Source of the DNA: Octopus sinensis
Lineage: Eukaryota
Reading direction: 5' to 3'
DNA: 64,000 nucleotides
NCBI RefSeq assembly: GCF_006345805.1
Contig: NC_043012.1
Span: 23,994,001 to 24,058,000 of the forward strand
Below, piece by piece: positions 53,940-64,000 of this stretch. Under the pieces are notes generated by a model, which ran no database searches, was not told where the DNA came from, and saw only the letters and a list, made by a program, of their open reading frames with translations. A program made the translations under genes and the position numbers. Each line of letters starts with the position of its first letter. Positions within the stretch are counted from its first letter, which is position 1.

Positions 53940-54168
53940 TTAACCCTTTAGTGTTCACATTATTCTGCCAAAATTAATGCTTCTTCATCCACATTGTTTT
54001 GAACTAATCATTCATCATCTTGTAGCCATGAGATTTTGATGAGGTAGCTGTTAATTTTTAAAACAATATTGTAGGGTTGGTGTGAGAGACCAGATCTGGC
54101 CAGTTTGAACATAAAACAGGTAGAATATTTTTGGCCGGATATGGCCGGTTTAAATACTAAAGGATTAA
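53940..54168 (+). mobile_element. piggyBac-like MITE with TTAA flanks
   Basis: ttaa-ccctttagtgttca ... taaatactaaagga-ttaa. A truncated related element starts at ~53770 and another fragment lies at ~49715-49805. Confidence 0.75.
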
Positions 54169-55210
54169 AATAATTGGAAGAAACACAGAGCATCTCAAAA
54201 TAAATATAGTAATGAAAGGGTTAAAGTTTGCTACTTATTCTATCAGTCTCATTTACCAAACTGCTAAGTAACAGGGATGTAAGCACCAACACTGTTGTTA
54301 AGCAGTGGAGGAGGAAACACACACATGACATTTTTCATACAAAATATGGTAAGCGAAGCCGACCTTGGTTGAATTTAAAACATAGAAAGCCAAGCAGGGA
54401 ACCAGAAAAATATTGGGTACCATTTTATCTGTTGCCTCAATGACTTTACCAATTTTCCACTGATTTACAAATATTCTGTTTGTCTCTTCTATCCACACAA
54501 GATCAGCCTCTGTGGCATGGAAACGAGCTACGTTTCACTTGAAAGGAAGTTAATTCCAAGAAATCTCTCTCTCTCTCCCACCACCAGCACCATATCTACC
54601 AGGAATCTATAACTGAGTCTCTCATCTTCCAGGTCTTAGACTAAAACAAAGCTTCACCCTATCTTCTTTCTTCACCACCTTACTACCATTGGCAATCTTC
54701 TGGAATCTCTCCTTGTCTAAGAACAAAAAAAAAAAGATTTCTTCTAGCTAGTGACATCCAAACCTACAGCAATTACATTTTTGAATAAAAAAAAAAAAAA
54801 CGAAGCATAAATTAAAAAACAAAAACAAAAACACGGTCGGAACCCAAAGGGCAATAATGAAGAACAATTCAAAACTTATAAGGAAATATCTATTGAAAGA
54901 ATACAATTCTCATAGAAATGTTTCTCTTTATGACAGGGGTGCATTTGAGTTTTCAATGAACAGCTACAAACTAACAACTAAAAACCCTTAACATTGGGGT
55001 AGGGTGGGAGGGGTAGACAAAAGAAAGGCAACCAACTTCAATCTTATTTTTTTCTTTCAGTTTTTATTATTATTGTTAGTTTATTTTTTCATTCCATTGT
55101 TTGTAAATCCCCACACTTTATGTAAATCCTTGTATTGTCACCCCTCCGCCCCACTCATTCATCGTTCTGCTAGCAAATACAAGAAATCATCACAATTATT
55201 ATTATGATTT

Positions 55211-56225
55211 GAAAGCACTGAGCGGGCAGAATCGTTAGCATGCCGGACAAAATGCTTAGCAGTTTTTTGCCTGCCATTACGTTCTGAGTTCAAATTCCAC
55301 CAGGGTCAACTTTGCCTTTCATCCTTTCAGGTTTGATAAACTAAGTACTAGTGAAACACTGGGGTTGATGTAATTCACTAATCCCTACCCCCGAGAATTT
55401 CAGGCGTTGTGCCTTTAGTAAAAAATATTATTATTATCATTATTATTATTAAAGCAGTGAGCTGGCAGAATTGTTAGTGCATCGGACGAAATACTTTGTG
55501 GCATTTTGCCCATCTGAGTTCAAGCTCAGAGTTCAAATTCTGCCAAGGTCGACTTTGCCTTTTGTCCTTTCAGGGTCGATAAACTAAGAACTGGTGAAAC
55601 CCTGGGGTCAATGTAATCGACTAGTCCCCTCCCTAAAACTTTCAGGCCTTGTTCCTCCTTTAGTAGAAAGGATTATTATTATTATTATTATCATTATTAT
55701 TATTATTATTAGCACACCAGATGAAATGCTTAGTGGCATCTTGTCCATCTTTATATTCTGAGTTCAAATTCCACTGAGGACATCCTTTGGAGGTCGATAA
55801 AATATGTACCAGAAGGGCTATGGAGTCGATGTAATTAACTTCCTTAGAATTTCAGCCCTTGTATTATCATTATAGGCAAGCTGGCAGAATCATTAGCATG
55901 CCAGGCAAAAGGCATTTCATCCGCTTTGACGTTCTGAGTTCAAATTCTGCCAAGGTTGACTTTGCCTTTCATCCTTTCAGGGTCGATAAATTAAGTACCA
56001 GTGAAATACTGAGGTTGATGTAATCAACTAAACTCTTCTGCCAAATTTCAGACCTTATGTCTATAATACAAAGGATTATTATCATCATTATTGTTATCAT
56101 TATCGTTATCATCATCATCATTATTGTTATTATCATTATCATTATCGCTATCATCATCATCATCGTTATTATCATTATCGTTATCATCATCATTATTATT
56201 ATTATTAGTAGTAGTAGTAGTAGTA
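55211..56225 (+). mobile_element. Head-to-tail array of four family-C SINEs joined by (ATT)n
   Basis: Copies at ~55211, 55451, 55711 (truncated) and 55874, each with gagttcaaattc (B box) and a gactttgcctttcatcctttc-like core. Confidence 0.85.
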
Positions 56226-57504
56226 TTTCTGTTTACAATTTTTTTTTTCCCTGCAAAAGAATTTTCATCTTAAGCTTCTCTTTTACTTTCTTCCTTGAAG
56301 CTCCATTCCAGATTTTTTTTTTAGTTTTCCTTTGTTGTACGTTTTATTTATCTATTTTATGAGTTTCCAAAAAATATTTTGTATCTCTTTCTTTCTCCAA
56401 CTTCTGTGTCTTTCGGGTTTACACCACCACTGAAGAACATCCCACGTTTTGCGTGTGAGGTGGAGGCGGAGGGATGAGGGAGGAGACAGGCACTATGGTG
56501 TAGACGAGGTGGAGGGGGGAGTTAACAGTAGCTTTAACCTTTTACATTTGACTTGATTCAATCATTGGACTGCAACCATACGGGGGCACCATGTTTGAGG
56601 GTTTAGTCAAACAAGTTGAAACCGGTACTTATTTTTTAGGTCTGGTACTTTATCAGACTCTTCCACTGGATTTTGCTGTAAGACAGGGGACATAAAAATC
56701 ACGAGTACTTAGTGAAGGGGAGCAAACACAATTACACACACACCGGTACAAACACATGTGTATCCTGGGACTTCAGTTAAGGAAAGACAATTTCCCAAGG
56801 TGCTGCACATTGCAAAATGAGTTCCGTAACCATAAAACCAAGCCTGCACCTTTGAGCTATGCTTGTTATTCTTCCATTTTTAAAAAAAAAAAGACTTGCC
56901 GTGTTTTGCCAAAACAGAAGAAAGAAATCATCTGGCTATTGGCTAAATTCATTGCGAAGATGGTTATGCCACCAGATTTATGTTGGTTAAGAAGAATGGA
57001 CTCTGTCCTCCTCTCTGCTAACCAGGTTGAAAGAAGCTGCATAGATAGGACAAAAACATGAGGACATTGATGATTTGACATGGTTGACTGAACCTGTTTT
57101 TGGTGACAGTCTATATTGGCATTGGCAACAAACACATTTACATGCATGCGTAGAGAAAGTCGGAGAGAAAGACAGAATGACAGAGACAACAGAATTGACA
57201 TAAACACTTTCCTTCACCTCAGACGCATAAAGTGAAATATGGTCACCCACATGAAAAGACGGAAAGAGAGAAGAGAAGAAGAAAAAAGCATTAAAATAAA
57301 AGAAAACATAAAAATGTCTGAAGTCCTATAATCAGTCTTGAATTAGTGATACCAATTAGGTGGAACCAAAATGTCTCATATCCACTGCATGAAAGGACAA
57401 ATTCTTTCCTCCTTAATGGCCAATCCCCTCATCAACCTCTTGGAGAGGAAAGTGAAAGTACTGCTCTACAGAGAATTCGCCAACTGAAATATGGTAAAAT
57501 ATCT

Positions 57505-57846
57505 TCTATCTTTTACTTGTTTCACTCATTAGACTGTGGCCATGCTGGGACACCATCATGAAGAATTTTAGTTGAATCAATCAATCTTAGTAATTATTTC
57601 TTTGTAATCTGGGTACTTATTCTATCAGCCTGTCTTGTAGGACCACTAAGTTACAGGAACATAAACACACCAATACCAACACACAAAAAAATATATAACA
57701 AGATTCTTTCAGTTTCCGTTTACGAAATCCACTCACAGGGCTTTGATCAGCCTGAGGTTATAGTTGAAGACACTCACCCAAGGTGCCACACAGTGGGACC
57801 AAACCCTCTAGAACCATGTAGCTGGGAAGCAAGCCCCTTACCACAC
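57505..57846 (-). mobile_element. Family-A SINE, diverged
   Basis: Recognisable tail, body and head with many substitutions. Confidence 0.75.
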
Positions 57847-59465
57847 AAGACTGCTCAGTGTTATAACAGCTTCTGCTAACACCATTATCATGATTTCATT
57901 GCTTCCTTCATCTGACCATCTCCACCAACATCACTGTTATTACCACAGCAACCACCACCCTTCACTGTGATCTGAAGGAATTGTCTATGGTTGTAACCCT
58001 GCTAGAAATAGCAGTTAAATCTCCCTTGATTCCCATTCCAACTGTCTTATGAAAGGTCAAGTTGGTGAATGTACTCCTGGGTTCTTACACTTACACAGCC
58101 CCCCCCCCATATATCATCGTCATTGAATGTTCATGCTCCATGCTAGGATGGGTTGGATGGTTTAGTAGGATCTGATGAGCTCCAGTGTCTGCTTTGAAAT
58201 GGTCTTTACAGCTGGATGCCCTTCCTGAAGCCTTCAACTTTTACAGGGTGGACCAGGTGCTTTTCTTAGGCCACCGGCACTATTAAGATTGCTGTGTAGT
58301 TCACAGGACTGTGAGACCTGGAGAAATGGGGGAGTCAGCTTAATACTAGGGGACAAGGGGATTACTATATTAGGGGTTGGGGGTCGAGGGCAGAGAAGAG
58401 ATTTGTATGGCTACTCACATCCAGTAGGGGACAAGTGGTGGTGGTGGGGGGTGAAAGAGAAAATAGCTTCAAGACAGATGATGCTCTGAGTTACCTTCTC
58501 CCCATACTGCATAACTGCTATTGGTTTGTTTACATCCCTGTAACTTGGCAGTTCAGCTAAAGAGAACAATAGAATAAGCACCACACTAGATATAATAAGT
58601 CCTGGGGTCGAACTGTTTCACTGAAACCATTCAAAGGGGTGCTCCAGCATGACCAGAGTCCAATGACAGAATGAGTAAAAACTAAAGTATAAAAATTTAA
58701 AAAAACAGGGAAAATAAGAAAAATCTCTAAAGAATGAAAGAAATACAAAAAAAAATAAATAAAATGGAACAAAAACCTAAAATATCACAAAAAAAATAAA
58801 TGAAACACTACAAGAACAACAATATCTGAATGTCCTTTAAGACTAAGATATTTTGCATTCTCTCCCACCTCACAAGCACCTTCCACCCTCACCAGAAGAG
58901 CACCACCACCACCACCACCTGACAACCCCCACCCCCTGTTAAGATAGCAAGGCTGCCCTGTGACCTGTCGAGATAATTAAATCAGAAAATTTACTCTCTC
59001 CTCCATTCTATATAAAAACCTTACAAGACAGAAGAAGAAACCTCATCTTATCAATATTTGAAACGGTCAAATTAAGTTGGATTCCAAGTTGATTGTGTCT
59101 TTTCAGACAGTTTTTCATTTGTTCTTCTTTGCTTTCTCTATGTTGCTTTTTGCTAGCTTTACTACATTTCCTTTTTTGTTTTTGCTTTTGTTCTTTTTTT
59201 TCTTTTTTGGTTTGTTGTGGAAGAGGTCCAAGTGTTGGTTGGAAAGGGTGCGCTGTGAGGAGGGAAACAACCTTTTTTTGTGCTTCCCCCAGTTTTTTTT
59301 TTGTTTTTTTGTTGTTGTTTATCTTCTTTGAATTTTTGTTTTGGAAGTGGACGTGGGGTGGCAGAGGGAAAGGCTTTTAAAGTCAGGATGTGGGGAAGAA
59401 GGACTGTGTTTTATGATGATGATGATGAAATACTAAATGAGGTAGATTTGTGTGTTTGTTGACTG

Positions 59466-59518
<53 letters not shown>

Positions 59519-59542
59519 GTGAGAGACAGAGAGAGAGGCAGC

Positions 59543-59606
<64 letters not shown>

Positions 59607-60118
59607 ATACTCTCATAATGATACAAATACACAAGAAATGCTTATTCTCTGGTGTTTATATCAAGTAATCTATCTCTCTATCTTCAAATCTATCTTCAAC
59701 ACTCTCCCCCACCCCTTGATTGTCTGTGTATATCTTTATACATGTAGAGAGAGAGAGAGAGAGAGAGAGAGAAGGACACATTTGAGAGTGAAGACAGAGA
59801 CACATAATACGAGAGGGAGGGAGGGAGGATAAACAGATAAAGATTTAAATAAATAAATATATAAATGGAGGACAAATATAGATATAATCCTTTTGTATTT
59901 TAATATCTCACCTTCTGGGAAAACTCCAAGACTACCACTACCCCCACCAATAGCAACCCCCTACTATCACAGTCACTGCTTGGTGTTTCACAACCATTAT
60001 ATATATATACACATACATATATACACACATACATATATATATATATATACACATATATATATATATATACATATATAAACATATATATATATACATATAT
60101 ATACATATATATATATAC

Positions 60119-60158
<40 letters not shown>

Positions 60159-60356
60159 ATATGTATATTCATACACACACACGTGTATACATACACACTT
60201 ATATATGTATATACACATACACTCGTATGTATACATACAACTCTGTATATATAGACAAACACATAGATACATTTACACACATATATACAGCCTCTTATAT
60301 ATACATATATACATAGTTATTCACATATACATACACAACCATACTGAGACACATGT

Positions 60357-60404
<48 letters not shown>

Positions 60405-60728
60405 AAGATCTCCTCTTCTTTCTCCTCAAAACACTGTTGTTTAATAGAAATGAATTCACTTGTTTCTTTATTACCTTAGACTAGCATTGCAGGGGTCAAA
60501 GTTGAGACAATCCCATTGGTGTAAATAGTAGGATGTCCAAATATTGATTGGAAAACAAAAACAAACAAGACCAATGCTACCACCACCACCATCATCATCA
60601 CCACCAGCAGCATGATACTACTTCCTGTTGATCTGCCCTTGTTCCTTCCTGTTTAGCTCCATGTATTCTTTCCGCATTTTCCCCCCTGTATTTGTTGTTA
60701 GTCTCCCCTTTCATGTGTGTGTGTGTGC

Positions 60729-60764
<36 letters not shown>

Positions 60765-61149
60765 ATGTATGTTTATGTATCTATATAAATATATATTAGT
60801 GTGTGTGTGTGGATATATATATAAATGTATGTATGTGTGTGTGTATATATATGTGTGTGTATATAAATATGTGTGTGTGTGTGTATATATATGTGTGTAT
60901 GTGTATATATATATATATTTGTGTATGTATATATATATATATGTGTGTGTGTATGTATATATATATATGTGTGTGTGTATGTATATATATATATATTGTT
61001 TTAAATGGTGGCGCCCCAACATGGCCATAGCTCATGAGCTGAAACCAGATAAAATAAAATTTTAAAAAATAAATATATATATATATATACATATTTGAGT
61101 ACATATAAATACGTTTGTGTGTGTACATATGCACATATATATACAAGCA

Positions 61150-61390
61150 CATCATCATCATCATCATCATGATTGACATCGTTTTGTGTCCACTTGTCCA
61201 TGCTTGTCGTGTCGGACGGAGTTCATTTGAAGCTGGTGCCCTTCCTGCTGCCAACCTTCACCGGTTTCCAAGCAAGGTGATATTTGTCCCATGGCCAGAC
61301 AAGCTTTGCATTGAATATTGGAAGTGAATGACAGTGACACACACTCACAACAATCACATGATGACAAGACAAAATGACAACCATACCAAG
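61150..61390 (-). mobile_element. Diverged SINE body and (GAT)n tail running into the satellite
   Basis: Aligns with 3120-3345. Confidence 0.65.
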
Positions 61391-64000
61391 ACAATCACAT
61401 GATGACAAGACAAAGTGACAACCATACCCAGACAATCACATGATGACAAGACAAAGTGACAACCATACCAAGACAATCACATGATGACAACAAAGTGACA
61501 ACCATACCCAGACAATCACATGATGACAAGACAAGTGACAACCATACCCAGACAATCACATGATGACAAGACAAAGTGACAACCATACCAGATAAAAGAC
61601 AATCACATGATGACAAGACAAAGTGACAACCATACCCAGACAATCACATGATGACAAGACAAAGTGACAACCATACCCAGACAATCACATGATGACAAGA
61701 CAAAGTGACAACCATACCAGACAATCACATGATGACGAAAGTGACAACCATACCCAGACAATCACATGATGACAAGACAAAGTGACAACCATACCAAGAC
61801 AATCACATGATGACAAGACAAAGTGACAACCATACCCAGACAATCACATGATGACAAGACAAAGTGACAACCATACCCAGACAATCACATGATGACAAGA
61901 CAAAGTGACAACCATACCAAGACAATCACATGATGACAAGACAAAGTGACAACCATACCCAGACAATCACAAAGAACCATGATGACAAGACAAAGTGACA
62001 ACCATACCCAGACAATCACATGATGACAAGACAAAGTGACAACCATACCAAGACAATCACATGACGACAAGACAAAGTGACAACCATACCCAGACAATCA
62101 CATGATGACAAGACAAAGTGACAACCATACCAAGACAATCACATGATGACAAGACAAAGTGACAACCATACCCAGACAATCACATGATGACAAGACAAAG
62201 TGACAACCATACCCAGACAATCACATGATGACAAAAGACAAAGTGACAACCATAACCCGACAAAATCACATGATGACAAGACAAAGTGACAACCATACCC
62301 AGACAATCACATGATGACAAGACAAAGTGACAACCATACCCAGACAATCACATGATGACAAGACAAAGTGACAACCATACCCAGACAATCACATGATGAC
62401 AAGACAAAGTGACAACCATACCCAGACAATCACATGATGACAAGACAAAGTGACAACCATACCCAGACAATCACATGATGACAAGACAAAGTGACAACCA
62501 TACCCAGACAATCACATGATGACAAGACAAAGTGACAACCATACCCAGACAATCACATGATGACAAGACAAAGTGACAACCATACCCAGACAATCACATG
62601 ATGACAAGACAAAGTGACAACCATACCAAGACAATCACATGATGACAAGACAAAGTGACAACCATACCCAGACAATCACATGATGACAAGACAAAGTGAC
62701 AACCATACCCAGACAATCACATGATGACAAGACAAAGTGACAACCATACCCAGACAATCACATGATGACAAGACAAAGTGACAACCATACCCAGACAATC
62801 ACATGATGACAAGACAAAGTGACAACCATACCCAGACAATCACATGATGACAAGACAAAGTGACAACCATACCAAGAACAATCACATGATGACAAGACAA
62901 AGTGACAACCATACCCAGACAATCACATGATGACAAGACAAAGTGACAACCATACCCAGACAATCACATGATGACAAGACAAAGTGACAACCATACCCAG
63001 ACAATCACATGATGACAAGACAAAGTGACAACCATACCCAGACAATCACATGATGACAAGACAAAGTGACAACCATACCCAGACAATCACATGATGACAA
63101 GACAAAGTGACAACCATACCAGACAATCACATGATGACAAGACAAAGTGACAACCATAGACACAGACCATCACATGATGACAAGACAAAGTGACAACCAT
63201 ACCCAGACAATCACATGATGACAAGACAAAGTGACAACCATACCCAGACAATCACATGATGACAAGACAAAGTGACAACCATACCCAGACAATCACATGA
63301 TGACAAACAAAGTGACAACCATACCCAGACAATCACATGATGACAAGACAAAGTGACAACCATACCCAGACAATCACATGATGACAAGACAAAGTGACAA
63401 CCATACCCCAATCACATGATGACAAGACAAAGTGACAACCATACCAAGACAATCACATGATGACAAGACAAAGTGACAACCATACCAAGACAATCACATG
63501 ATGACAAGACAAAGTGACAACCATACCCAGACAATCACATGATGACAAGACAAAGTGACAACCATACCAAGACAATCACATGATGACAAGACAAAGTGAC
63601 AACCATACCCAGACAATCACATGATGACAAGACAAAGTGACAACCATACCAAGACAATCACATGATGACAAGACAAAGTGACAACCATACCCAGACAATC
63701 ACATGATGACAAGACAAAGTGACAACCATACCCAGACAATCACATGATGACAAGACAAAGTGACAACCATACCAAGACAATCACATGATGACAAGACAAA
63801 GTGACAACCATACCCAGACAATCACATGATGACAAGACAAAGTGACAACCATACCCAGACAATCACATGATGACAAGACAAAGTGACAACCATACCAAGA
63901 CAATCACATGATGACAAGACAAAGTGACAACCATACCCAGACAATCACATGATGACAAGACAAAGTGACAACCATACCCAGACAATCACATGATGACAAG
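61349..64000. repeat. 41 bp tandem satellite, ~65 units, truncated by the window edge
   Basis: Unit catacc(c/a)agacaatcacatgatgacaagacaaagtgacaac. The period of 41 was checked (acaaagtgac at 62281 and 62322). Confidence 0.98.

Noticed and set aside
61349-64000. CRISPR-like array, or Cys-rich (metallothionein-like) ORFs MSGYGCHFVLSSCDCL...
   Set aside because: The units are contiguous with no unique spacers and there are no cas genes. The 41 bp period is not a multiple of 3, so the ORFs are satellite read-through.

Overview
Repeat-dense, AT-rich, apparently non-coding metazoan DNA. The SINE families and microsatellite load match what I recognise from Octopus (cephalopod) genomes; this is inference, not a database result. 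I cannot support any host protein-coding gene. Nearly all ORFs in the track are microsatellite read-throughs or pieces of repeats, so the window is probably intergenic or a large intron. It contains: dozens of tRNA-derived SINE copies from at least four families; a full-length decayed mariner (32973-34242); remnants of Tc1-like, CR1/L2, RTE and Penelope-like (GIY-YIG) elements; several MITEs (hAT-, piggyBac- and TIR/TTAGGG-type); a Helitron 3' end; many fold-back structures; and a 41-bp satellite (about 65 units) running off the right edge. The most interesting observations are (i) minimal Penelope-type hammerhead-ribozyme-like motifs from three different families, one with a non-canonical core shared by three copies of a short TA-embedded element, (ii) the 41-bp satellite, which appears to have arisen from an internal segment of a SINE, and (iii) perfect or near-perfect palindromes formed inside SINE tails.
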